Assembly: GCA_951406725.2 (NCBI GenBank)
Contig: OX597826.1
Coordinates: 81,964,001-82,028,000, forward strand
Reading direction: 5' to 3'
DNA from: Octopus vulgaris
Taxonomy: Eukaryota
Length of the DNA stretch: 64,000 bases
Shown here: in pieces, positions 37,851 through 52,481 of the stretch
Layout: every line of letters begins with the position of its first letter
How positions within the stretch are numbered: the stretch's first letter is position 1
Position numbers and translations under genes: made by a program
Notes under the pieces: generated by a model
The model's database searches: none
What the model was told of the DNA's origin: nothing
What the model saw: the letters and a program-made list of their open reading frames with translations, nothing else

Positions 37851-39950
37851 TACATATATATATGCACCGTATAAACATTGTATATTTACTAATTACATTG
37901 AAATAATATATTTTATTTTGTCTGTTTGTATTGCAGTCGGATTCTGGTTGTTGATATTGAATATTCAGTGAATTTCCTCGGTGAAACAAGGATAGACACA
38001 ACTTTGGTACTTTTAGCAAATAATGGCACCAAAATCACTTTTCTCCAACAACATAACTAATGCATTTGCTGAAAGTCGTCCAAGTAATAGCAGCACCGGA
38101 TTCCTTCGTTATTTTAATTACATTTGTTCGTTTATGATGCAAGTTTTCCGTTTGGATCTCTACTTATTTCAGTCCTACCAATAATGTTGCTATGCATGCA
38201 ATTGGTGTTCTATAGCCACGGGTTGGCTACATTTGTACCCGCTACGGCTGGTCGTCGGCAGACAGATGAACTTCATGACTGAACCAACGACGATGCACAG
38301 ATCCACAGTCGAAGACACAGGAAGACTACGTCTGGTTCTGATATTCTGTGGTGAGTAAGAGAGTGTTGCAGCCTTGTACACCTTCCACTCTCTCCAACAT
38401 CCAGTTCTTGTTGATTATTTTCTACTTTTTAATCCCAAATCATCTTTGATAAAGTAAATCTCAAACGAACGATGGATAAATACAACTTTACAAAATTTAA
38501 TAACAAATTCTTTGCTCGTTAATGTCGGAAAAATTCCACAAATCGAGGCACGATGTTTTGCACAAATACAGTGAGTCAGTCTTCTAATTAAGTGATCAAA
38601 GCAATTATAAGAGATAAGCCCAGAATGGTTTAGTTTTTTACGTGTTGTTTCATTAGGAATTACATGTCTATGGAAGGTTATTGAGGAATGGTGTCGGCAA
38701 CTGTATCTTCGTTTTAATTCTTTTCAAAGTCCTATTTTGTCATTTCATTTTCTACCATTCGCATGAAATATGCGAATATGTGTGGCTGTATGAGTGTTTT
38801 TGCGTTCACACACACACACACATTCTTTAGCTGCGCTTGAACAGAGAACCTGCATTTCTGAAGAGATAAGCCAACGGCCTGACACAACTGCATGAGACGC
38901 TATGGTAACATTCTTTTATAAGATTCTATATCTGTTTCGCGCGTCACTAAAAGTACAGACCTACAGACTTCTGGTAAATTCAAAATGTAAGTGGGTCAAA
39001 TATTTATAAAACTATCCGCAAGGGTATTTTCCTTGAGATGAATCTATCGTAGTTGCTGCAGTTCTACATTTTCCATTCTTTCTTTGTCTGCAACTACTTC
39101 CTGTCTTTGTTTTATTCTTTTGGCAGGTTCGGAGACAAAGGATTTCTTTCTAGGTATCCCCTCCCTTCCCCTCACTCCACGCTAGAGTTCCGACGATGCT
39201 TTCACAAATTCAACCACAAATTAAATTTTGTGCAGTTGCCTTGCACCCTCTCTATCTCTCTCTCCTTCTATCTTCTTGTATATCAATATATCTATGTATC
39301 TACACACACACTCACACATTTATATATATAATGTAATACAGTTAGAAAACTCTCTAGAGATAATAGCCTCATAACATAAACAAAAGATGCTGAAAAAATA
39401 AACACCGCCCAGAACTTCTTGAGGCTATAGTATGAAGTAAATATGAAAATAGATTTAAATCATTAAATTCAAGTCCATACACCAGAGCATTTCCATGTTA
39501 AAATTAGGGCTAAAACAGAAACAGGTTTTGCATTTGAATCTAATAGAATTAACAGCAGAGTCTCGAGAGAACGATGTATTTTGAGGGCATCCACAGTAAA
39601 ATCTGGTGGTAAATGTTTGCCTTGTTTCTTTTCGGTTGTGTACGAAAAGCAATTTGAAGGATTTATAGATTAGTAAGTTAAAAACAGCAGCACTGCATTA
39701 AAACCTGCAGAAATGTATTTACGTATGGATGCATGGGATTGTGTGTGTGTGTGAGTGTGTATTAGACTCAGATACTGTTTATATTGTAGGAAGAAACGGA
39801 AAATGTGATAAAGTAAAACTGACTTTACAACTGAGATACGTTAAGTTGGTGTCCTGACTTTCACTGCCTTGAAAGATAACGGCATAGGAACGTCAAAGGC
39901 GAACACCTACATTTACGCTCACGCGCATCCTCGCCTTGTATATATATATG

Positions 39951-40019
<69 letters not shown>

Positions 40020-40247
40020 TATTAAAATATGTTTCAAAAGAAAGTAGAAACTACACGCGGAAATGTAAGGGTAAAGTAAGTAAAATCAACGAAAATTTGT
40101 AAATAAAAAAGAAAACGCTTTTTATGAAAGGTAACGACAGATATAGACAATTAGATAATCTGATGCAGTAATAAAAGTCATAAAAGTCATATATATTTAG
40201 AGATAGATAGATAGATATATACATACATACATACATACATACATACT

Positions 40248-40299
<52 letters not shown>

Positions 40300-40300
40300 A

Positions 40301-40334
<34 letters not shown>

Positions 40335-40346
<12 letters not shown>

Positions 40347-40590
40347 GAGATTGTGTGTGTGCCTGTGTGCCTATGTGTCTGTATGTGTGCATCACTAAAA
40401 CTCAAGAACTACCCAACGGATTTCATTGAACTTTTACACGTACTACTTAGGGTCCATGGAATGCCATGAGCCAAAAATGTTTTCAACTTCTTGCCTAATG
40501 CGAGTCCGGGTCAATCTCTTAGACTGTTCCAGTATTACCTGTAAAAAGTGAAACAATAACATCTCTATTGTAATGTGATATAATAGTTTC
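40335..40590 (+). mobile_element. Probable non-autonomous Helitron 5' portion
   Basis: tatatataattgaga, then (gt/ct) repeats, then aaactcaagaactacccaacggatttcattgaactttt, a layout I recall from non-autonomous Helitrons; no 3' CTAG or hairpin seen. Confidence 0.45.
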
Positions 40591-40622
40591 ACAATATATA
40601 TATATATATATACATGTATGTA

Positions 40623-40697
<75 letters not shown>

Positions 40698-41106
40698 GTG
40701 TGTGTATATGTATATATATATATACACGTATATATAAAAAATACAAAACTGGGACAAGAACGCAAAACAGACAATGTAAAGAAAACAAGGACTGTTCATT
40801 CGGAGTTTCTTTCCTAAGTCGAGTTCCAGATTATCTTTGCAATTTCGGCTGGTTATACTCTATGCGTATATATATATTAGTATGTATATATATGTATATA
40901 TTTATATTTGTATATATATATGTGTGTATATATTTATATTTGTATGTGTATATATATGTATATATATGTATAATGTGTGTATGTGTGTGTGTGTGTGTAT
41001 ACATGTATGTATATATATATACACAGAAAAAAATATAAAAAAAAAAAAAAAACAAGAAAAAAACACAACACAGAAAAAACACACACACACACACACACAA
41101 ACACGC

Positions 41107-41209
<103 letters not shown>

Positions 41210-41346
41210 CACACACATCACTGGAACGTTTGTCACACACACACATCACTGGAACGTTTGTCACTCTTTTACTATTTTACTTGTTTTTATATATAAAGAA
41301 GTTTGTGTGTGTGTGAGTGTTGTGTGTGTGTGTGTTTGTGTATGTG

Positions 41347-41394
<48 letters not shown>

Positions 41395-41512
41395 TATTGT
41401 TTTTTGTTGTTTATTGTTATTTTTTTGGTATATTTATTATTTATTGTTTTTTTCTTGTCTTTTTTTTTTTGGGTTTTCTTTAGTGTGGTTTTTTTGTTTA
41501 TTTTTGTATTTT

Positions 41513-41590
<78 letters not shown>

Positions 41591-41607
41591 TGTGTGTGTG
41601 GTGTGTT

Positions 41608-41646
<39 letters not shown>

Positions 41647-43146
41647 TTATTCTTTTTATGATATTGTGTTTTTTTTTGTTTATGTTTTGTTGGTGTTTCT
41701 TTGTGTTTTAACACACACACACACACACATATATATTATTTCTACTCTATATATAATTTAATTTTTATAAAAACTTTTAGAACAAAAATTTAATTTGAAC
41801 TCAGAACATAAAAAACGAAAAATTTCTTTACTTTAAAAACAAATAGAGAAAAAAATATTATTAAATTCTTATTAAAGGGTGGTGGGGGTGGATGTGGGGT
41901 GTTTGGGGGTATATAATTTTAATTTTAAAATTTCTAAAAAATCAATAATTTATATTGTTCTGTTCTTTTTAAAAATTATATTCCATTCTTTCGTGGTCTA
42001 AATAAGTATGGAGGAATATATAGTATTGGTTTGTGAGGAATTTGTAACAAATGTTGCGGTGTTTTGCCTTTTCAGAGATTATATCCTCGTTGTTTACTAA
42101 TCACAGAATTTCAAACTTCTGTTTCAAGGTCACCGTTATTTCTTATCTTTCAGTAAGCACTGACTTCACTAAATTCCTCGCCTCTTCTCATGTTTATTGT
42201 GTTGTTTTGTTTTTTTTTTGTTTTTATGTTGTTATAATCGAGCAGGTTTATGAGAAATAACATTAACTGCCACTTCTTGCTTCTTTCCTCATTTAAATTT
42301 TTGTTTTTATTTCTCAAGCTGCATGATTGGTAGCAACGTATATACCGTATAGGGAAACTGCGTACTCGATACGCCAGAGATATACCTAACAGAATTTCAA
42401 ACAGCAAACCAAGAAATCTTCATTGTACAAGAAGAACCAAAAATCAGATACGCAGTCTTCATCTCCAGGTTTAATCACATTTACATCTCAGCCTAATCAA
42501 ACAAAAAACAAACAACTGCCACTGCTTTGTTTTTTAAATTTTTGTTTAGTCTAGAGGAAGTAGCAGTTTACTAGAAATATCTCGATCTATCTTGTACCTA
42601 ACGCAGTATTTATTCTACCAAAATCCTTAGCAGAAGCTGCATTATAAGTCTAATTTATGGCATTCAGTTCTAATTACAACAATGTACACCTAGTGCACAT
42701 TGCTGCACGTTTTAAAATAAAAAGTGTTCTTTATATCCCTCTAAAATCTCTCCCTCCCCCTAAAATAAAAATTTATAGAAGGAATAATTCTATGAAGGAA
42801 TTGTAAATCCTATAAAGATTAATGAATCATTTTTAATTAGTAAAAGAATATATCTGCAAGTAAAAAATAGATTTAGAATCTTTATTCAACGCATTCCAAA
42901 AATATCAAATAAGTCTAAATGGTTTCTAGTACAAATATCTTCTCCTTACATTGATGGAATTATAAAAGAGTCTAATTATACCTAGATCTAAAATAACAAA
43001 AGATTTGAAGACCTCGATTTTTCATGATTCCATAAATATCAAATATGAAAGAGGTTTGGTAGTAAAAACGTCTTGCTTCTAGCTATCTATCACATCTATC
43101 TATACGGCCTATCGATTCAGCTATCAAATACTTCATTTAGCGTCTC

Positions 43147-43218
<72 letters not shown>

Positions 43219-43357
43219 CCTGTCTGTCTGTATGTCTGTCTCTGTCTGTCTCTGTCTCTGTCTGTCTCTCTCTCTCTCTCTATCTCTATCTATATATATA
43301 TATATATATTTATGCATACATATATTTATACACATACATATATATATATATATATAC

Positions 43358-43427
43358 ACATATACATCTATCCATACATACTTATATGGATATACGTATA
43401 CATACATAATACATATATATACCCACA

Positions 43428-43497
<70 letters not shown>

Positions 43498-45168
43498 CAA
43501 ACACATACACACACATATATGCATACATATATCACTGTACGGTTGCAATTCATTTTGCTTACACTAAAAGTGGTTATTCAAACACTTTATTTTAAAAAGA
43601 ATTTCGAAGGAAATTTTCAAATATTTGATTGTTCAAGAATTATAATGTTTGCTATATAAACTTTACTGTATTGACCAATATGGAGCTTGTGTTACACCAA
43701 TGCTTAATCAATTTTCAATATCTTTACTGCATTAAGGCGACGAGCTTGCATAACCGTTAGCACGCCTGGCGAAATGCGTAGCCGTATTTCGTCTGTCGTT
43801 ACGTTGTGAGTTCAAATTCCGCCGATGTCGACTTTGCCTTTCATCTTTTCGGAGTCGATAAATTAAGTACCAGTTACGCACTGGGGTCGATGTAATCGAC
43901 TTAATCCCTTTGTCTGTCCTTGTTTGTCCCATCTGTGATTAGCCCCTTGTGGGTAATAAAGAAATAGGAATTTCGTCTGTCTTTACGTTCTGAGTTCGAA
44001 TTTCACCGAGATAGACTTTACCTTTCATCCTTTTTGGGGTCGATAAATTAAGTACCTGTTGCGTACTGGCGTCGATCTAATCGACTGGTTCCTTCCCCCA
44101 AAATTTCGGTTCTTGAACCCTCCTGGGAGTAATGGGTCACTGATGCACATGCATGCAACTATGTACATATACATTGAATACATGGAAACATACATGTGTA
44201 CATTATTTACATTTGACGGATGTTTGTCCTCATCTTGTTTGTTGTTAACACAGCGTTTCGGTTGATGAAGGCTGATAAATATATCAGCCGATGTTGTGTT
44301 TTGAGGAGAACAAATGTAATGTTCACTCAACATGTCTCTACATTAGAAAAAAACCTAAGTGTTAGTTATTATGGCTTATTTCTAGCATGAGTTCGGTTCT
44401 TTCGGCGACTCTTCCTGATATTGAGCAGATCTGTTCTTTTTGGCTTGACTTACGCATTTATATTGATCAGCATAATGACATTTATTTACATTAACTGATT
44501 TGACTTCTTGTCCTCATTTAAATGTTTATGCACAGCGTTTGTCAGGCTATATCTGGTTGATCATAGTTGTGTTGATCGATCAAGATATAAATTACCGAAA
44601 TATCCTCCTCCTATTCATTGCACCAGGGAAATCTTCATAAATATTCAAATAATGTGTAAATAATTCGTTTTGTGACATAATTGATGCAAGAGTTTTATAT
44701 GCTCTAACCAAGTGCCTTGAAAAATAATCAAAATTTTTGTTTTAAAAACTCTTAAAGATACTAAAATGTGTGGTTACTAAAAATCTCACACCTTGATAAC
44801 GCAGTTCTTTTTGCCAAACACCACAGAAGCTGCATTATAAGTCTTTTATGGCTTGTTCTATTCAAGTGACTATCCATGCTGCACCGTTTTAGATATAAAT
44901 GACCAATTTATATCCCTTCTATCGCTCTCTCCCACCAATAACAAACATCGGTTGAGTGCAAGTTTGGGAAGCCCAAACAAGGTCGAACTAATTATATAAA
45001 TTAGAAAATACGATATATATATATATATATATCCAGATCTTGAGAGTAGAATACAAATGATTCATATACATCTATCCATACATATACGGCCATATGGATA
45101 TACGTATACATACATAATATCTATCTATATATATACCCACATCATCTCTCTCTCTCTCTCTCTGTCTG

Positions 45169-45211
<43 letters not shown>

Positions 45212-45872
45212 ACATACTTATATGGATATACGTATATATAATATATATATATACACACATACAAACACATACACACACATATATGCATACATATATCACT
45301 GTACGGTTGCAATTCATTCTTGCTTACACTAAAAGTGGTTATTCAAACACTTTATTTTAAAAAGAATTTCGAAGGAAATTTTCAAATATTTGATTGTTCA
45401 AGAATTATAATGTTTGCTATATAAACTTTACTGTATTGACCAATATGGAGCTTGTGTTACACCAATGCTTAATCAATTTTCAATATCTTTACTGCATTAA
45501 GGCGACGAGCTTGCATAACCGTTAGCACGCCGGGCGAAATGCGTAGCCGTATTTCGTCTGTCGTTACGTTGTGAGTTCAAATTCCGCCGATGTCGACTTT
45601 GCCTTTCATCTTTTCGGAGTCGATAAATTAAGTACCAGTTACGCACTGGGGTCGATGTAATCGACTTAATCCCTTTGTCTGTCCTTGTTTGTCCCATCTG
45701 TGATTAGCCCCTTGTGGGTAATAAAGAAATAGGAATTTCGTCTGTCTTTACGTTCTGAGTTCGAATTTCACCGAGATAGACTTTACCTTTCATCCTTTTG
45801 GGGTCGATAAATTAAGTACCAGTTGCGTACTGGGGTCGATCTAATCGACTGGTTCCTTCCCCCAAAATTTCG
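43358..45872 (+). repeat. Near-identical direct duplication (about 43358-44107 and 45063-45872), each copy ending in a family-B SINE
   Basis: Unique sequence atatcactgtacggttgcaattcatt..ttcaatatctttactgcattaaggcgacgagc repeats almost exactly; SINEs at 43735-44106 and 45500-45890. Confidence 0.92.
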
Positions 45873-46307
45873 GGCCTTGTGCCTGGAGTAGGTGGGAGTA
45901 TGGAGACGCCTCACCTGGACAGGTAGGCCGACATGTACACATACACATGCACATGCATGCATATGCAACACACACACATACGTGTACATATATATACATG
46001 CCTTGAATACATGGAAACATATGAATGTGTGTCCATATGCATAATATGATATAACATAATATAAATAACTATCTGTACATATGTATACACACTCACACAC
46101 TCACTCACACACACACTCACTCACACACACACTCACACACTCACTCACACACACACTCACGCATATTTGAAAGGAGAACTGAGGTAGGTTCAACAATTTC
46201 AAATAATAATACAACATATACCTAACCATAAAACCGGTGTATGCAGATTATTATGGCTTTCTCTATTTAAGGCTGACAGGGTGAGTTCGGTTCTTGAACC
46301 CTCGGCG

Positions 46308-46370
46308 ACGGAGTAATGGGTCACTGATGAAGATTGAGCAGATCTGAAATCAGCGCTGATATGACTCCGT
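46308..46370 (+). ncRNA. Type I hammerhead ribozyme with a canonical core and bulged helix I
   Basis: acgga(gtaatgg)gtca-CTGATGA-agatt gagca gatct-GAAA-tcagcgctga-TA-tgac tccgt. Confidence 0.85.
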
Positions 46371-47394
46371 ATGACTTACAGTTCTATATTTAAGTGATCA
46401 GGAATTATGTACATTATTTACATTATTTACATTTGACGGATGTTTGTCCTCATCTTGTTTGTTGTTAACACAGCGTTTCGGTTGATGAAGGCTGATGAAG
46501 GCTCACATAGTTGATCCGTTAAACACACACACACACACACTGACACACACATACTCTCATCCATAATGTCGACATAATGTAAATAATGTCCGTTTGACTT
46601 GTCGTAAGGAGGGAGCCTGTCTCGCTTGTCAGCCATTAGAAAAGTGCTCTCACGTGGCTAAGTGTTGTTTTGACTCTTATTTCTAGCAATGCTGGTGTTT
46701 ATTTGCACCCTCCGTTACCTTGGTGACGACTGTTCTTTTTGCCTATATACATGTGTGTGTGGGGCGCATGGATTTGTATGTTTTATAGGCTTAGAAATCG
46801 TAACTCTTGACAAGTGTTAGCTTCTATCATCGTAACTTGGTTGTTCTGCGAAAAGAGAGAACTATACTAACTAGAAGTTTTGAAATAAGTTCTGCGTCGA
46901 TTTTGATCGACTGATCCCTTTCAAAGGGTTACTATGCGAGGCTCCCGTCAATAACTTAAACATAGAGTTGAGTGCAAGTGTATGTAGCCCAAATGGTCTG
47001 GGAGAGGGTCGACATCTTCCGTATATAAATTACCGAAATATCCTCCTCCTATTCATTGCACCAGGGACTGGAATTTTTAAGCTGCTGGTGCTGCCAAGAT
47101 TTGAACATCTTCATATGGAACAATTTTCGATTGACTAACGTTCTGCTGTGACATAATTGATGCAAAGAGCATTTATAATATGAACTAAGAAGTGAAAGTT
47201 ATTTGGATAGGAATAACGACTGTTTTCTTTAAATTTTTCATCTTTGTTAAAGTTTGATAATTATTTGATTTGCATAAAATGTGTTTCATGTAATTAAAAA
47301 AAAACTTCTCCACACAAACATGAAGTCACACGCATATAGATGTGTACATATACCCTCACACACACACACACACACACACGCTAAGTTCACATGT

Positions 47395-47775
47395 TTACTC
47401 TTTTACTTGTTTCAGTCATTTGACTGCGGCCATGCTGGAGCACCGCATTTAGTCGAGTAAATTGACCCCAGGACTTATTCTATCGGTCTCTTTTGCCGAA
47501 CAGCTAAGTTACAGGGACGTAAACACACCAGCATCGGTTGTCAAGCGAAGTTGGGGGGACAAACACAGACATACAAACACACACACACACATATATACAT
47601 ATACATATGTACGACAGGCTTCTTTCAGTTTCCGCCTACCAAATCCACTCACAAGGCTTTGGTCAGCCCGAGGCTATAGTAGAAGACACTTGCCAAAGAT
47701 GCCACGCAGTGGGACTGAACCCGGAACCATGTGGTTGGTAAGCAAGCTGCTTACCATACAGCCACTCCTGCGCCT
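47395..47775 (-). mobile_element. SINE family A, full length (~380 bp)
   Basis: Minus strand aggcgcaggagTGGCTGTATGG..GGTTCAGTCCC head, central (TG/TA) tract, AAAAGAGT tail. Confidence 0.9.
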
Positions 47776-49399
47776 ATATACCGAGACCTTTTTAGAGATA
47801 ATTTTACGTTTCACATGCAACAGATTTCGAGCGTTCTCTAAACCCTCCCAGACTTCTTTTGTTCTCAGAGAACTTTCCTTAAACACCCTAAACTTAGATT
47901 TACTTTTACAAAGTTATACATGCTTGCAACGTAGTTTTATTGTTTCAGAAATATCGTTTGGTTCAATTATGTTTTCATATTTCTCTCAGATTATCTGTGA
48001 AAATAACTAATGAAACTTCTTTTAATAAATATTGTACAATAAATATTGATAATGAACTACAAACAATTGTATTGTTTCCTAAATAGAAAGAGCGAACGAT
48101 GTAGAATTAAGAAACATGTTCAGCTTTTTTTTTTATCGTGATTTCTTTTTTACATTTCTTTATGTGGTGTGTTCGTGTGCCTTCTACTGACAATAAATCT
48201 TAAGTCATTAAAACATATATAGATTCACAAAAGAATTTTCCTATTAATTATTTCTTTTATAAATGATTATTAATCATAGGGTGTTTAATTGAATCTTTAT
48301 AGAACAATGAAAAAGGTTATGAAGTTTTCGTGTAGCACATGGTGAAGTTGTGGGTTGTCTATTGACTATGCGAGATGGCGGCGGCGGTGTTGATGATATA
48401 TTTAACATAATGGGGAGAAGTACTGCAGTGAAAAAAGAAATATCGTTATAAATATTTTCAGGTATTTCCGTTGATTGCAACGATAACGAAATTCAGACAT
48501 TATTATTAAAGTGAACAAATCGTATTGAATTAATTAATAACCTAACTAAATTGCCGGATGCTTCATCTTTAAAACAGGAGGTCAAAGAACATCAATAAAG
48601 AACTCATCACCTTTATTTCGTAAGGTTTTGTCAAGTGTTACCATTGTTATTCTTCAATATGGGAACACTGGATCTTTGTAATCATCGTTTGTACGAGATT
48701 TCAGATCACTTGTTAAGATACCGCGAGATTCAACACATTGTTCACACTGCACTGAAGTTAGATTTCACAAGAGAAAAAAATAAATGTAAATTAGTGATAA
48801 TATTTCTCTTTCAAATACTTCAACCTTGTGCACTTAAAGACATTATGCAACCTTCGTAGAGGACTCACATAGTTGATCCGTTAAACACACACACACACAC
48901 ACACTGACACACACATACTCTCATCCATAATGTCGACATGAAGCAAGATAGGTTATATAATAACCGATACTCTGCGCCTCATAGGATCTAAAGTCGTCAG
49001 CTGTGTCTGTATGTAAAACACAGTACAAAACACAGAATGACACGGGCAAGAATACACAGTCAACACTGACACACACGATCCAGGACAACACACACACACT
49101 AAACACACACACACACACGATAACACAGGTAGTTTAGCAGTCGAAGATTCTTCTTGTACCGCAACCAAGCTCTCCAGAATCTTCCCATAATACCGAACTC
49201 CCAGTATGATTTGGTTATCGCTTATGTTCACGTAACACGGCACCAGTGAAGAGAAAACATAGGAAGGATCCTGATACTGAAAAGCGTCGCAGACAAATGT
49301 GTTATCTACGGTGATAAGTAGGGAAGATAAGGAGAATACGTGATAATGAGAGCTTTGTTGTTATGGGCCGTGAATTTGGTGTCAATGAAGCATTCGTTG

Positions 49400-50150
49400 T
49401 ATTTCCAATGTATTTCCTACGTTCACCCACCTTTCAACAAACTTGCTACAAAGGCAACACTTCCCTCTCCACCCTCAACATCCTGTTCAAGTGAAACTTG
49501 AAAAAGTTGATGAGGGCTTGGCCAAAGAGGAAAGTGCCTATTTAGCCCTTTCAAATGGGTCCATCTTAATACCTCTTTCGTTACAGCCATTGAACAAATG
49601 AAAATTGCCTGCCTCTCCCGCTCAAAGGAGAGCGGCGGGGTAATTTTCACAAGGGATTCAGCTGATAGCCGGATCCGTCCTACAGGTCAGCAATACTCGG
49701 GCTCTGGACCAGGGTGTGCAGAACAGTTTCATCGTTCTGTGCGCACCTCGGACAGGCTCGGTTGACGGCACTTCCTTGCCTGTAAAGTTTATCCGGAACT
49801 AGCCGCGCCCCTCGGTAACACTGCCAGGCTAGAATTTCTGGAAGTTATCCGTAGGCCCAGGCCCGAAAGTTTTGCGAAATAGACCGGTTAGTTGATCTCC
49901 ATCGACGCCCAGAGCTTCCTAGAGAGCGTCGTCGCACTTTCCCTCCACTAGCCCTCTATAGAACGCTAGTGTGGAACTACCACCGACTGCATTGTCTACC
50001 AGGCGGAGGGCTGTGAGCGCTTGACGGCACTCGAGGTGACAAGTTCCCCTCCTCGGTCTACGTCTAATTTGGTAGCGAAGCTCAGTCTAAGAGACGAGCG
50101 TTGTTGGGTACAGTTCGCATTCTAAAGAGAGTATTGTCTCTTTCAGTCAC
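49400..50150 (-). pseudogene. Tx1/L1-like LINE ORF2 C-terminal (zinc-binding) remnant
   Basis: Minus strand HLECRQAL..STLAFYRGLVEG..LFRKTFGPG..NFQK/LAWQCYRGARLVPDKLYRQG..RACPRCAQNDETVLHTLVQSP; stops and frameshifts; GC-rich. Confidence 0.8.
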
Positions 50151-50616
50151 AAGAGACGGCACTATTTGAAAGCTTTGGTGATTTGTTATTGTTTGCTTTC
50201 AAGTAAAGAATAACCATTAATCAAAACCTATCCAAGAGTCTTTCAGAATAACAATAACAATAATGATGATGATGATGATGATGACAATAATAATAATAAT
50301 AATAATAATAAAAATCTAGACAAATAAGTATAAGTCGAATGTTGAATAGAGCAACGACAGAGGTTAGTCTACCTATTGTCATCGATGTGCCCAGGTCGAA
50401 ACATATGATGTACCCAATGAAGAATTAATACTGAATCCATCTCCTGTTAATTGATATTCTATATATATATATGTTTATATATATATATATATATATATCA
50501 AACTAATACACATGCTTGTTGTTTATAAACCTGTCTTCGTCTTGTGTTTCTCTGTAAATTTCAACTATATACATACACCCCCATATATTATATATATGTG
50601 TGTGTGTGTGTGTATT

Positions 50617-50649
<33 letters not shown>

Positions 50650-51066
50650 ATATGCATGCATACATATTAGTTTGTATATTAGTATATACAAATATTAATA
50701 TATATATGTCAGTTTCGGCTAGTTAAGCCAGTCAGACGATGGTTTAATACATACACACACACACATACACACATAATATATACATACCTTCAATCCTCAG
50801 AAACACACTCACACAATCACGACCGCAAATTATAAGGTCGTGCTGCAGCATGGGCATTTCGTGTTCGAAATTGACAGAAGCCATCGATATTTAAATAATC
50901 AAAGAATTAGAAAAACTGAGAACGTTGACAACATTTATTTGTTGTTGAGAAGATGAGATATGTTTTGAAAGGGTATCAAAATGTTGTTATTCGGCGAATA
51001 TAGAAACCGGATTAGCAACATTTACATATTCCATTTTGTTTTTGCTTTCTTCTTTAGTGTGTGGAT

Positions 51067-51117
<51 letters not shown>

Positions 51118-51401
51118 TTGTGTATTTCCTTCATGAATCAAAATTTATTCAAATAACGAAGTTCTGCTAAAACTCTATGATGCGATGGATGACGTGAAAA
51201 GTTACGTGTTTGTCATTCAGGCGAATAAACGTGTCCTCTTGCATATAACTCGAGGCAAACTGATGAAAAGCCACCGCAACAGCTTCGCCATCGAGCCAGC
51301 CTCTTCTTTCATTAATCATATCAACTTGAAAAGACTTGCCCTGTTCTCAAAAGATTTCTTCTTTAATATCGCTTTCTCTTTCAGAGATGCGCGTACACAC
51401 T

Positions 51402-51432
<31 letters not shown>

Positions 51433-51618
51433 CTCAAATATTCAATCATACACACACATACACACTTATAAATAAAAAGAAAAAACATTCTTTCACTCAC
51501 ACAATATAAATGCACGCCTTTGCAAAGACAAACTCAGCAACAACGCGCACGCAAACATTCACACCTACACACTGACCACATCACATTCAGCACACACCCA
51601 TACTTACAAAACAAACTG

Positions 51619-51677
<59 letters not shown>

Positions 51678-52481
51678 AGAACGCTGACATATACGAGCAC
51701 AGACACAGGAGCCTACGCACACACACGCACACACACACGCACATACGCATACTTACTCAATGCAAATACAAGCATGGATAATACAAAAAGAAGCACACAT
51801 GAAATGACATTCTCAAGTCGCAGGGCAAACAAACACACACACACACACACAGACACACACACGAACACACACACACCTACCTCACGACTATACACTAAAC
51901 ATACACAGACATTCACATACACACACACAGAAACATACACACACAACAATGAAGAGGTTATTACCTCTATAACAAAGACTGTGCAGTGCGCATGTCTTAC
52001 AGAAGGGACCATACCCAGAGGTGCATTCTGCTAGAAATAGAAGCTGCATGCTATCGAATCACACCCTGAAGTATTAAAAATAGGGTATTATGAACCAATG
52101 AGAATTTAAATGTAACAAACGAGACACCGGTTACGGCTGGAGCGCCTTCAAGTATGGCTTTGCTGAGCAGTAGACCTGCAACTTCCCACACATACGCACG
52201 CGTGTGCGCATGCGCCAGTGCGCTTGCACGCTCTCCTGGTCTTCCGGCCGATCGCCCTATACTCTCTTTCTCTCTACACACAAATATAGCTCCGTGGTTA
52301 AGAAGTGATTTGCAGCCATGTCGTTTGTGTTTCGCTCCAACTGCACGGCACCTCAGAAAAAATGTCCACTGTTCAGATTGACTGACATCTTGTAAGAAGA
52401 ATTTGGTGAAAGTCAACGCAAAGTACAGAAACCTGCCCTCTCTTGGTGCACCTTTAATATCCATATATCAAAACGCCTCGA

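Noticed and set aside
50700-50745. Minus-strand CTGACTG-GCT..AGCC-GAAA-CTG HHR-like motif
   Set aside because: Core and cleavage site are both broken; single copy here
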